Shown here piece by piece: positions 1 through 9,222 of a stretch of 37,178 nt of DNA. The notes beneath the pieces are model-generated. The model made no database searches, was not told the DNA's origin, and worked only from the letters and a program-made list of their open reading frames with translations. The DNA is from Gemmatimonadaceae bacterium (GTDB lineage: Bacteria; Gemmatimonadota; Gemmatimonadetes; Gemmatimonadales; Gemmatimonadaceae). The translations under genes and the position numbers were made by a program. The stretch spans positions 1-37,178 of the forward strand of contig JBBDYA010000041.1 in NCBI GenBank assembly GCA_040902005.1, read 5' to 3'. Each line of letters opens with the position of its first letter. Within the stretch, counting starts at the first letter, position 1.

Positions 1-49
1 CCCCCCGGCCGAGAACGTTGTCGAGAAGGCCCCGGCTAGAACGTCCTTC

Positions 50-1000
50 TCACGGCCCGAAGAAAAATCGTGTCAGGTGAAAGAACACCGGCGCCGCGAA
101 GAGCAGCGAGTCGATCCGGTCCAGCACCCCGCCGTGCCCCTCGATCAGCGAGCCGTAGTCTTTCACGCCGCGATCGCGCTTCACCGCTGACATCACCAGC
201 CCGCCCGCGAACCCCATCAGCGTGATGGCCAGCGACATCGCGGCCGCCACCAGCGGCGAGAATGGCGTCGCCCAGTACAGCGCGGTCCCCACCGCCACCG
301 CCGTGATCGTGCCGCCGATGAATCCCTCCCAGGTCTTGTTCGGGCTCACCTGGGGCGCGATGGGATGCTTCCCGAACAGCTTGCCCCACACGTATTGCAT
401 CACGTCGTTCAGCTGCGCGATCAGCACGAGGTAGAACAGCAGCGTCGCGCCGTTGCCGGCGTACTCCGGCACTTGCAGCATGAGCAGCGCCGGCGCGTGG
501 CTCACGCAATAGACGCACGCCATCAGCCCCCACTGTACGGTGGACGTGCGCTCCAGGAATCGCGTGGTGTCGCCCGCCAGCGCCATCCGCGTCGGGATCG
601 CCACGAACGCGTACACGGGAATCAGGATCGAGAACATCCCGTACCACTGCACGCCCACCAGCCAATACTGGAGCGGCGCGAAGATGAAGAACGCCCAGAA
701 CAGCACGGTGTGATCGGTGCGCACCGTGGGCGTGAGCGTCAGGAACTCCCGCATCGCCATGAACGACGCGAAGCCGAACAGGATGATGGACCCCAGCCCG
801 CCCGTCTTGATGGCGATGCCGAACACCAGCACCATCACCCACCAGGCGCGAATCCGCGCATTAAGGTTGGCGACGGTCTTCTTCGCGCCCTCGCTTTTCG
901 CGCGGGTGGACAGGATGATGCCCACGATGGAGGCCACCACCAGCAGCCCCACCACGCCGCTCACCAGTCGGCCGAGGATCGAATTCAGGAATTCGGTCAT
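50..1000 (-). CDS. Phosphatidate cytidylyltransferase (CTP_transf_1; YnbB/CdsA-like)
   Basis: Hydrophobic protein with the CDP-DAG synthase signature SPNKTWEGFIGG...SAVKRDRGVKDYGSLIEGHGGVLDRIDS. Start reassigned to ATG at 1000 (MTEFLNS), which overlaps the upstream TGA (ATGA). Confidence 0.92.
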   Translation of the reverse strand: MTEFLNSILGRLVSGVVGLLVVASIVGIILSTRAKSEGAKKTVANLNARIRAWWVMVLVFGIAIKTGGLGSIILFGFASFMAMREFLTLTPTVRTDHTVLFWAFFIFAPLQYWLVGVQWYGMFSILIPVYAFVAIPTRMALAGDTTRFLERTSTVQWGLMACVYCVSHAPALLMLQVPEYAGNGATLLFYLVLIAQLNDVMQYVWGKLFGKHPIAPQVSPNKTWEGFIGGTITAVAVGTALYWATPFSPLVAAAMSLAITLMGFAGGLVMSAVKRDRGVKDYGSLIEGHGGVLDRIDSLLFAAPVFFHLTRFFFGP

Positions 1001-1611
1001 CGATCGCGGAGCGAGAGCAGCGCATCGCGCGCCCGCGTGAGAAAGGCTGCCTTCTCCTCCCCGGGCTCCAGGCGCATGGGAGGGCCGAAGATCACGCGTC
1101 CCAGCAGCGGCACCGGCAGGAACTCCCCCTTCGGAAGAATGCGGTTCATGTTCGCCAGGTACACCGGCACCAGCTCCAGCTCCGGCTTCAGGCGGCACAG
1201 GTGGAACATCCCGCTCTTGAACGGCAGTACCTCGCCGTCCATGCTGCGCGTTCCCTCGGGAAAGACGATGATGCTGTGCGTGTCGCCCATCCCTTCGGCG
1301 ATCTGCTCGATGGACTTCGACGCTTGCTGGGGCGAGCTGCCCGCGCCGGCGCGCTCGATCAGGATGGCGCGGAATACCGCGCGCGCGAGGTAACGCTTGA
1401 TCGGACCCCGCATCCAGTAGTCGGCGCCGGCCACGGGGCGCGTCCGCGCGCGGAGCGCAGGGGGCATCGCGGACCAGATCACCACGAAGTCCAGGTGGCT
1501 CGCGTGATTGGCGAAATACACGCGCTGGCGCACCGCGTTTGGTGCCGCCGTCCAGTGCGCCGAGGCGCCGGAGATGATCCGCGCGAACGCCGCCAGCGCG
1601 GGGCCGATCAT
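997..1611 (-). CDS. Lysophospholipid / 1-acyl-sn-glycerol-3-phosphate acyltransferase (PlsC-like)
   Basis: Acyltransferase motifs NHASHLD (HX4D) and FPEGTRS. 4-bp overlaps with both neighbours. Confidence 0.92.
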   Translation of the reverse strand: MIGPALAAFARIISGASAHWTAAPNAVRQRVYFANHASHLDFVVIWSAMPPALRARTRPVAGADYWMRGPIKRYLARAVFRAILIERAGAGSSPQQASKSIEQIAEGMGDTHSIIVFPEGTRSMDGEVLPFKSGMFHLCRLKPELELVPVYLANMNRILPKGEFLPVPLLGRVIFGPPMRLEPGEEKAAFLTRARDALLSLRDR

Positions 1612-2267
1612 CGTGCGCGCAGGTCGCGGGCGATGTGCGCCGTGCGCCGGATGAACGTCACCGCGCTCCCCACCACGATGATCGCAAGCGCCACGACGAT
1701 CGCCCAGCGCGTGCCGCGCGCCTGCATCTCGATGGCGGCCGCGAGCACTCCCACCGTGAGCGCAAACATGCGGTGCTGCTTCGCCATCGGCCCGCCGAAG
1801 TCCTGCGTGAACCCCAGCGAGCCGCCCAGCAGCCGCACGTAGGCCGTGAGCACCGCGAGAATCGTGGCCGCCACGCCAAGGTCGAGGCCGTAGGGATAGC
1901 TCTGCACGGACACGCCGGCGCCCAGCAGGATCAGGATGTCACCGAACCGGTCCGGGATCTCGTTGAACAGCTCGCCGGTGCTGGACTTGAGTCCGCCTTC
2001 GATCGCGAGCAGCCCGTCCAGCAGGTTGCACAGCAGACGCAGCTGGATGCCGGCGGCAGCCACGATCAGCCAGACGGTCGAGCTTCGTCCAATGGGATCC
2101 GCCATGACGCAGAAGGCAGCGGCAGAGAGCGCAGCGAACACGACACTTGCCACCGACATCTGGTTGGGTGTCACGCCGGCGCGCGCGAGTGCCCGCGCGA
2201 TCGCGGAGGGCCACGCGCGGGTGCGCGTGCGAAGGACTCGTCGATTGGGGGGGGGAGTGGATTCCAT
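1608..2267 (-). CDS. CDP-alcohol phosphatidyltransferase (YnbA-like)
   Basis: TPNQMS motif followed by NLLDGLLA...GELFNEIPDRFGD, matching the CDP-alcohol phosphotransferase signature. First gene of a three-gene lipid operon. Confidence 0.9.
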   Translation of the reverse strand: MESTPPPNRRVLRTRTRAWPSAIARALARAGVTPNQMSVASVVFAALSAAAFCVMADPIGRSSTVWLIVAAAGIQLRLLCNLLDGLLAIEGGLKSSTGELFNEIPDRFGDILILLGAGVSVQSYPYGLDLGVAATILAVLTAYVRLLGGSLGFTQDFGGPMAKQHRMFALTVGVLAAAIEMQARGTRWAIVVALAIIVVGSAVTFIRRTAHIARDLRAR

Positions 2268-2373
2268 GGAAGGTGGGGGGGGCGCGCTCTATGGTGCAGC
2301 ATCTCGGTCTCCGCGTCCAGCCGCACAGCCCGTTCATGACGGACGGGCGCGAAGAGTGCGAGTAGTTATCGCC

Positions 2374-3099
2374 ATGGCAACCACGCGAACCGACCGACGA
2401 CGCGGAGTCCGCTTCAAGCCGACCCTGGCCGGCTCTTCCGCACTCTCCACCAGGGCGCGCCAATGCCGGCGCCGATTCCTCGGCCACTTCCCCGCGGCCT
2501 TCCAGGATGAGACCTACGTCGAGTGGGAGCGCGGCTTCAAATGGGACGCCCACGAGCGATGGTGCGCGGTGATGCGACGGGCCCTCTTCCAGTCCCTGCT
2601 CGACGAAGGCGCGTACGAAACGATCGCGAAGCATGCCGTCAGCATCGAAGCCCGCACCAACCTGCTCTTCCCGTTCGAAAAGATGGCGCTGCGTGACGCG
2701 GTGCGGCTGCGCCCGGGCGCCAAAGCGTTCTCCGAGGGACTCTGGGAACTGCTGTACGGCTCCGGCGGCGAGCAGGATCGGTTCGAGGCCTGGTGCGAGG
2801 TGCTCGAGCGACTCCCCCGGCGGCAGACGCGCGTGCTCACCTGGCCGATGGCCACGATCTGGGGGTTCGTCGCGCACCCGGAAACGCACATCTTCCTCAA
2901 GCCGATGGTCACCAGGCGCGCCGCGGCGGAGTACGGATTCGACTTCCACTATACCTCCGGACCGAACTGGGCCACCTATTGCTCCCTGCTCGAGTTCGCG
3001 GAGCAGGTGCGCGAGGACCAGCGCGATCTCGCCGCCCGCGACATGATCGATCTCCAGTCCTTCATCTGGGTGCAGGGCTCGGACGAGTACGAGAAGTAG
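2374..3099 (+). CDS. Hypothetical soluble protein (aromatic-rich)
   Basis: Protein-like composition from ATG 2374 (MATTRT...) to ...DMIDLQSFIWVQGSDEYEK. The upstream part of the ORF is only the antisense shadow of the lipid operon. Start uncertain. Confidence 0.75.
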   Translation: MATTRTDRRRGVRFKPTLAGSSALSTRARQCRRRFLGHFPAAFQDETYVEWERGFKWDAHERWCAVMRRALFQSLLDEGAYETIAKHAVSIEARTNLLFPFEKMALRDAVRLRPGAKAFSEGLWELLYGSGGEQDRFEAWCEVLERLPRRQTRVLTWPMATIWGFVAHPETHIFLKPMVTRRAAAEYGFDFHYTSGPNWATYCSLLEFAEQVREDQRDLAARDMIDLQSFIWVQGSDEYEK

Positions 3100-3124
3100 C
3101 GGGCCGCCCGGTGGGGATCGATCC

Positions 3125-3153
3125 TCGCCATGCCCGCGGCGGTGTGCTATTCT
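3125..3153 (+). promoter_or_regulatory. Putative sigma70-type promoter with extended -10 for the LemA operon
   Basis: TCGCCA (3125-3130), 17-nt spacer, then TATTCT (3148-3153) preceded by TGC. Lies 44 nt upstream of ATG 3198. Confidence 0.5.
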
Positions 3154-3197
3154 AACCGCCGGACGATTCGCCTCCTTTCCTCCTGCCTTCCCGTCCC

Positions 3198-3413
3198 ATG
3201 CGAATCCTGAAGATCTGGCTGCTCGCTGTCCTCGGCGCGGGCGCCATTCTCGGCGTTCTTTCCGTCACCGAGATGGTGGATGCCAGGCAGTTGCGCGAGC
3301 TGGCCCGGATGACCGTGCTCGCGATCGTCGTCCTCGCGGCCACGCACTACGCGTGGATCGTGATGCGCGGCCGGGCGAATCCGTCCGACCATACCGACAA
3401 GCCCGTTCCCTGA
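3198..3413 (+). CDS. Small two-helix membrane protein (71 aa)
   Basis: Two hydrophobic segments. Fills the gap between the predicted promoter and lemA. Confidence 0.6.
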   Translation: MRILKIWLLAVLGAGAILGVLSVTEMVDARQLRELARMTVLAIVVLAATHYAWIVMRGRANPSDHTDKPVP

Positions 3414-3426
3414 CAGGAGCACGACC

Positions 3427-3984
3427 ATGGGTACCTTCGTTCTCGGCGGCATCGCGGTCTTCGGGTTCTTCGGCGTCATCGCCTACAACACGCTCATCCG
3501 GCGCCGCAACGTGGTGGAGCAGGCGTACGGCACCATCGAGGTGCAGCTCACCCAGCGCTACGACCTGATTCCCAAGCTCGTGGAAACGGTGCGGCAGTAC
3601 ATGGGCCACGAGAAAGGGTTGCTGGAGGAGATCGTCCGGCTGCGCGGTCAGGCGGTGGCCAGCAGGAACCCGTCGGAGAAGATCGAGGCCGACAACCAGC
3701 TCACGCGCGCCATGGGGCAGCTCAACGTCACCATGGAGAACTATCCGCAACTGCGCTCGAGCGAGAACTTCGTGCAGCTCCAGCGGTCGCTCAACGAGGT
3801 GGAGGAACAGCTCGCCGCGGCCCGCCGGAGCTACAACGGCGCGGTGACCGAGTACAACAACGCCGTGCAGCAGTTTCCGGGCTCGCTCGTGGCCGGGGCC
3901 ATGAACTTCGGCACGCGGACCATGTTCGTCGCCGACGAGAAGAAGCGCGGCGACGTGGACATGCGAGGATTGTTCAAGGCGTGA
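3427..3984 (+). CDS. lemA: LemA family protein
   Basis: N-terminal TM helix then YN...QRYDLIPKLV, ENYPQLRSSENF and ARRSYNGAVTEYN motifs. AGGAG RBS upstream. Confidence 0.93.
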   Translation: MGTFVLGGIAVFGFFGVIAYNTLIRRRNVVEQAYGTIEVQLTQRYDLIPKLVETVRQYMGHEKGLLEEIVRLRGQAVASRNPSEKIEADNQLTRAMGQLNVTMENYPQLRSSENFVQLQRSLNEVEEQLAAARRSYNGAVTEYNNAVQQFPGSLVAGAMNFGTRTMFVADEKKRGDVDMRGLFKA

Positions 3985-4940
3985 GCGTCGGCCGGATCAG
4001 CCAACTCGACCGGTCCACGCTGCTCCGCATCCAGGCGGCGTGCAACTTCGTCAACGCCGAGGTCGCGCGGCATCGTTCGCGGGTGACGAAGATCGGCATC
4101 GCGGCATTCAGCCTGGCCGCGATCGTCTACATGGGCATGGTCAGCAAGGGAAATACAGACCCGCGCGCCCCGTTCTTCGGCGCGTTCGCGGTCACGTCGC
4201 TGGCGCTCGCGGGCGCCCGCAAGGACCTGAAGAAGAGCTACAAGGGCATCGTCGTGCAGCGCGTGGTGAAGGCCATCGGCAACGGGCTCACGTACACGCC
4301 GGAGTCCACCTTCGCGCGCCAGGACTTTCACGACATGGACCTGTTCGATCGGCGCGCCGAGAACTGGAAGAGCGAGGACGAGATCTGCGGAAAGAAGAAC
4401 GCCGTGTCGTACTCGCTGCACGAGGTGCGCGCGTCGTACACCGTCAAGTCCGGCAAGAGCAGGCGCGAGGTGATCATCTTCCGGGGTGTCATCGTCCGCC
4501 TGGACTTCAACAAGCACTTTGCGGGGCACACCGTCGTGGTGTCCGAGAGCCAGAGCAAGATTCTCGGCGGCCTGTTCGGCGAGTCGGGCAGCCGCAAGGG
4601 CAAGCACCTCGTCCGGCTCGAGAACGTGGACTTCGAGAAAGAGTTCAGCGTCTACGGCACCAACGATCAGGAAGCGCGCTACATCCTCACGCCCAAGCTC
4701 ATGGAGCTGATCCTGGAGGCGCAGGCGATCGTGGGCGCGCACGGCGATGTGCGACTTTCCTTTCACGACAACTCCCTGTTCGTCACCGTGCCGGAGCCCA
4801 CGGACCGCTTCGAGGTGAGTCTGTTCGGCGGGAAGGTGACGCCCGACACCGTGATGGGTGACCTCGCGGAAGTGGTGCGGCTGGCGGAACGCCTCGTGGA
4901 TACGCTCGACCTCGAGACCAGGATCTGGTCGCGTGTTTGA
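3981..4940 (+). CDS. DUF3137-like membrane-anchored protein
   Basis: Two TM helices, then FRG...FNKHFAGHTVV and VRLENVDFEKEFSVYGTNDQEARYILTPKLME, typical of DUF3137. GTGA overlap with lemA. Confidence 0.8.
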   Translation: MSVGRISQLDRSTLLRIQAACNFVNAEVARHRSRVTKIGIAAFSLAAIVYMGMVSKGNTDPRAPFFGAFAVTSLALAGARKDLKKSYKGIVVQRVVKAIGNGLTYTPESTFARQDFHDMDLFDRRAENWKSEDEICGKKNAVSYSLHEVRASYTVKSGKSRREVIIFRGVIVRLDFNKHFAGHTVVVSESQSKILGGLFGESGSRKGKHLVRLENVDFEKEFSVYGTNDQEARYILTPKLMELILEAQAIVGAHGDVRLSFHDNSLFVTVPEPTDRFEVSLFGGKVTPDTVMGDLAEVVRLAERLVDTLDLETRIWSRV

Positions 4941-5316
4941 GTACCTGAACTCGTCGCAGACCGCGCGGGCGATCCAGATCGCGCTGGTGGCGGTCGCGGC
5001 CATGCTCATCACCTCGGCCCAGTTCCGCGTGCTCGCGGGGCCGCCGAGTCGCGTTCGCTACGCGGTGGCGTGGCTCGTCGGTTCCGTGGTGCTCGGCGCG
5101 CTGGGCGCGTACCTCGACACGATGGTGGGTCTCACCGCGATCGGCGACCGTGTGCTCAATTTCGTCGGCGCCGCGGTGCACGTTCTCGTCGGGCTCGCGG
5201 TCGGACACTGGTGGACACGCCGCCCGTCCTGGCCGACGTACAGCCGGCTCGTCGCCTGGATCTCGCTCTTCGTCATTCAGGTGATGATCGCCATGGCCGC
5301 GCTCAGCCTGCGGTGA
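4933..5316 (+). CDS. Hypothetical membrane protein (about 4 TM)
   Basis: GTG start overlapping the previous stop (MFEYLNSS...), four hydrophobic segments, operon packing. Confidence 0.65.
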   Translation: MFEYLNSSQTARAIQIALVAVAAMLITSAQFRVLAGPPSRVRYAVAWLVGSVVLGALGAYLDTMVGLTAIGDRVLNFVGAAVHVLVGLAVGHWWTRRPSWPTYSRLVAWISLFVIQVMIAMAALSLR

Positions 5317-5693
5317 CGCGCTTCGGGAAGCAGGTTGCGTCGGTGCTGGATGGCGTGAAATACTTGTACGTCCGCTCGGGCGCCGAACATCGCTTCGTGG
5401 CTGTGTGGGTGGTGGTCGTGCAAGGGCGCGCCATCGTTCGCTCGTGGAACGACAAACCTGCCGGATGGTATCGCGCTTTTCTTCGCGAACCCCACGGCAC
5501 ACTTCGCCTGGGAAGCGAGGAAGTCCCGATTCGGGCAGTCGCCGTGAAGAGCGCTCGTCTCAACGATCTCGCTGATGATGCGTACGCCACCAAGTACACC
5601 ACGAAGGCAAACCGGAAGTACGTGCGCGGTTTTGCGACGGCAACGCGCAGGAAAACGACGCTGGAACTCGTCCCGCGCCCTTCTAGTTCCTAG
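5313..5693 (+). CDS. DUF2255-like small protein
   Basis: GTGA overlap with the previous gene. Pattern VWVV...VRSWN...WYRA...DDAYATKY...TTLELVPR recalls DUF2255. The stop codon lies within the heptamer repeat. Confidence 0.7.
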   Translation: MTRFGKQVASVLDGVKYLYVRSGAEHRFVAVWVVVVQGRAIVRSWNDKPAGWYRAFLREPHGTLRLGSEEVPIRAVAVKSARLNDLADDAYATKYTTKANRKYVRGFATATRRKTTLELVPRPSSS

Positions 5694-5740
5694 TTCCTAG
5701 TTCCTAGTTCCTAGTTCCTAGTTCCTAGTTCCTAGTTCCT
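5683..5740. repeat. Perfect tandem heptamer repeat (CTAGTTC) x8
   Basis: Eight exact copies at 5683-5738 plus a partial CT, read directly. Confidence 0.97.
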
Positions 5741-5762
5741 GGATCCTGTCTCCTTCCCCACC

Positions 5763-6693
<931 letters not shown>

Positions 6694-6701
<8 letters not shown>

Positions 6702-8238
6702 GCCACTGCTCGTTGCCCAGCGCGAGATCGTCGAATCCATGAAGACGAAGGGCTTCTGGATCGGCATCCTGCTCTTCCCCGTCATCATCGTGCTCTCGAT
6801 TGGCGCGCCCGTTTTGCTCGCCCGCGCCAAGAGCGTGCGCACGTACGCGGTCGTCGATTCCTCCAGCTGGCTGGCCGACGCGGTGCAACGTCAATCCGGG
6901 ATAGCAGACACGCGGCGCATCCTGCTCGAGACTGCCAACCGGCAGCTCACGGGCGGCAACGTGGCAAGCCTGCCGCCCGTGCTGGCGCGCATCGCGCCGC
7001 ACGTCGGCGCATTCACCCCCTCGCAACTCGACTCGGCCGCGAGGACGCTCGCCACGGGGGACGCCGCTCCCGCGGCCGCGCTGCCGGATTCCGCGCGGAA
7101 TCCGGTGCTCGACGCGCGCGAGGAATACCGGGCATGGTGGGACACGGCCACGGCCAGCACCATCCGGGGCGTACATCAGGCGCCGGCACGCGGGAAGTAC
7201 CGGCGCGTGAACGCCACCGGAGACCTGAACAAGCGCGTGGCCGATGAGGAGCTGTTCGCGTATTTCGTGATCGGGCGCGACCCGGTGGCCGACAACCGCG
7301 GCATGGCCTACGTGGCGAAGAACCTCGCGGACGACGCCCTCCGCAACTGGTACTCGGAGATCGCCACCGACGTGGTGCGACAGCGCCGGCTCACGCAGGA
7401 GGGCATCAGCCCGCGCACCGCGGCCTGGCTGTCTGATGAGGTCCGATTCACCGAGCGAACCGTGTCGGCGTCCGGCGAGCAGACCGCCGTGGGACTGAAG
7501 GACAAACTACGCCAGAACGCGCCGGTTGTGTTCGTCTACCTGCTCTGGATCTCGATCTTCAGCATCACGCAGGGACTGCTCACCAGCACCATCGAGGAGA
7601 AGTCCACTCGCATCTCCGAGGTCCTCCTTTCATCTGTATCCCCCGTCCAGCTCATGGCCGGCAAGATCCTCGGCGTCGCCGGCACCGGGTTGACGATGAT
7701 CGTGACCTGGGTGCTGACCGCGACCATCGCCGTGAAGTACATGCCGAAGCTGATGGGCGCTCCGGCCTCGCTGGATCTCACGCCGATCATGAGCGATCCC
7801 GCGCTGCTGGCGAGCTTCGTGATCTACTTCCTGCTCGGCTACATGCTGTACGCGGCGATCCTGATCGGCATCGGATCGGTGGTCAACACGATCCAGGAAG
7901 CACAGGCGCTGATGATGCCCGTGATGATGATGCTGATGCTGCCATTGCTCGCCATGATCCCGATCGGGCAGGATCCGAACGGCACCTTCGCGAAGGTGAT
8001 GTCGTACATTCCGCCATTCACTCCCTTCGTGATGATGAATCGCGCCGCGGGCCCGCCCGCGCTGTGGGAGTACGTGGTCACCACTTTCCTGTTGGTCGCC
8101 GCGATCGCGGGCACGCTCTGGGCATCGGCGAAGATCTTCCGCATCGGCATCCTGATGACCGGCAAGCCGCCCAAGGTGCGCGAGATCTGGCAGTGGGTTC
8201 GCACGCCCACGGGGGTGGTTCCCGGCCGGCAGGAGTAG
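6694..8238 (+). CDS. ABC-2-type exporter permease with large extracytoplasmic domain (NatB/YhaP-like)
   Basis: One TM, a large loop, then a multi-TM block with EEKSTRISEVLLSSVSPVQLMAGKILG. ATG 6694 overlaps the ATPase stop. Confidence 0.9.
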
Positions 8239-8241
8239 CGC

Positions 8242-8742
8242 ATGGAGTTCCCGGGCTGGTTCAATCGCCTGGATGCGGGCATCACCGCGTGGATGGCGCG
8301 CAACGGCGTCCGGCTGCTGCGGATCAGCCTGGGCGTGGTGTTCTTCTGGTTCGGCGCGCTCAAGTTCTTTCCGGGACTCAGCCCGGCCACAGAGCTGGCG
8401 ACGCGCACGATCGACGTCCTCACGTTGGGGATGGTGCCGCAGGTGGTGGCGATCAATGTGCTCGCCGCCTGGGAGACCGCGATCGGGCTGGGGCTGATCT
8501 TCGGCGTCGCCATGCGGGCCACGCTCTTCCTGCTCTTCGTGCAGATGCTCGGCACCGTCACGCCGATCTTCCTCTTTCCCGAGCTGGTGTTCACCAGAGT
8601 GCCCTATGCGCCCACGCTCGAGGGGCAGTACATCATCAAGAACGTGGTGCTCGTGAGCGCGGGCATCGTGATCGGCGCCACCGTCCGCGGAGGCGGGCTG
8701 GTGTCAAATCCACGAGTTGCTCGGTTGGGTGAGCGCGATTGA
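8242..8742 (+). CDS. DoxX-superfamily membrane protein (YkgB/RclC-like)
   Basis: LRISLGVVFFWFGALKFFP...GQYIIKNVVL pattern with 3-4 TM helices. Confidence 0.8.
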   Translation: MEFPGWFNRLDAGITAWMARNGVRLLRISLGVVFFWFGALKFFPGLSPATELATRTIDVLTLGMVPQVVAINVLAAWETAIGLGLIFGVAMRATLFLLFVQMLGTVTPIFLFPELVFTRVPYAPTLEGQYIIKNVVLVSAGIVIGATVRGGGLVSNPRVARLGERD

Positions 8743-8754
8743 GGTTGTGTCTTG

Positions 8755-8865
8755 GTGGAACGGAATGATGAGTGTCCCTTGACGCGACCATGCTCGATAC
8801 TGGCAAAGGAGAGCACTTGCCAGTATCGACATGGCCCGCGTCCGGGACCTCATCATCCGTTCCAC
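8755..8865. repeat. Long fold-back palindromic element, copy 1
   Basis: 111-nt imperfect inverted repeat. Outer arms GTGGAACGGAATGATGAG / CTCATCATCCGTTCCAC; core TCGATACTGGCAA...TTGCCAGTATCGA. Homologous to 9074-9189 and 37083-37178 in the opposite orientation. Confidence 0.9.
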
Positions 8866-9020
8866 TGGCGATAGGTCCGCTGCGCCAACCGGCGACGTCA
8901 CGCCTCCAGACCGCCTCCGCCCGCGCGCCTTGCGCCGCCGCGCTGCCCCACGCCACTCGCATTCGGCCCGCTCCAGAAGCGGGGGTTGAGATCGGCGCGC
9001 CCCTCTACGTCAAGGTGTGG

Positions 9021-9069
9021 CGGAAGCGGGAAGCGGAAATCGAGAAGTGGGAGGTGGAAGGTGGGAGCG
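9021..9069 (+). repeat. Degenerate purine-rich heptamer tract (7 units)
   Basis: CGGAAGC GGGAAGC GGAAATC GAGAAGT GGGAGGT GGAAGGT GGGAGCG. Confidence 0.6.
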
Positions 9070-9073
9070 GATG

Positions 9074-9189
9074 GGCAGAACGGGGTCGGTGGGTGTACCC
9101 GGCGCGGGCCATGTCAATACTGGCAAGCGTTCTCCTTGCCAGTTTTGAGCATGGTCGCGCCAGGGGACACTCACCGACCACGTTCTGTC
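9074..9189. repeat. Long fold-back palindromic element, copy 2
   Basis: 116-nt imperfect inverted repeat. Outer arms GGCAGAACGGGGTCGGTGGGTGT / ACACTCACCGACCACGTTCTGTC; core TCAATACTGGCAAG-N7-CTTGCCAGTTTTGA. Confidence 0.9.
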
Positions 9190-9222
9190 GAAGCGACCAT
9201 GCTCTGCCGGAATGGCCATCAC

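Noticed and set aside
3..44. Imperfect direct repeat CCCCGGC(CG/T)AGAACGT at the window start
   Set aside because: Two short copies truncated by the window edge are not enough to call an array or element.
5683..5740. Tandem repeat or hairpin repeats as a CRISPR array
   Set aside because: There are no unique spacers, the unit is only 7 nt, the hairpin copies are dispersed, and no cas genes are present.
9120..9141. TGGCA...TTGC in the hairpin core as a sigma54 promoter
   Set aside because: The spacing between GG and GC is 4 nt longer than the strict -24/-12 consensus, and the sites lie at gene 3' ends.
8755..9189. Fold-back copies as integron attC sites (AAC...GTT near the ends, bulged base, ~110 nt)
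   Set aside because: The ends do not fit RYYYAAC/GTTRRRY and there is no unpaired central spacer. Copy 3 lacks AAC/GTT in the visible part. Copies 1 and 2 are inverted rather than direct, flank ordinary chromosomal genes, and no integrase is present.
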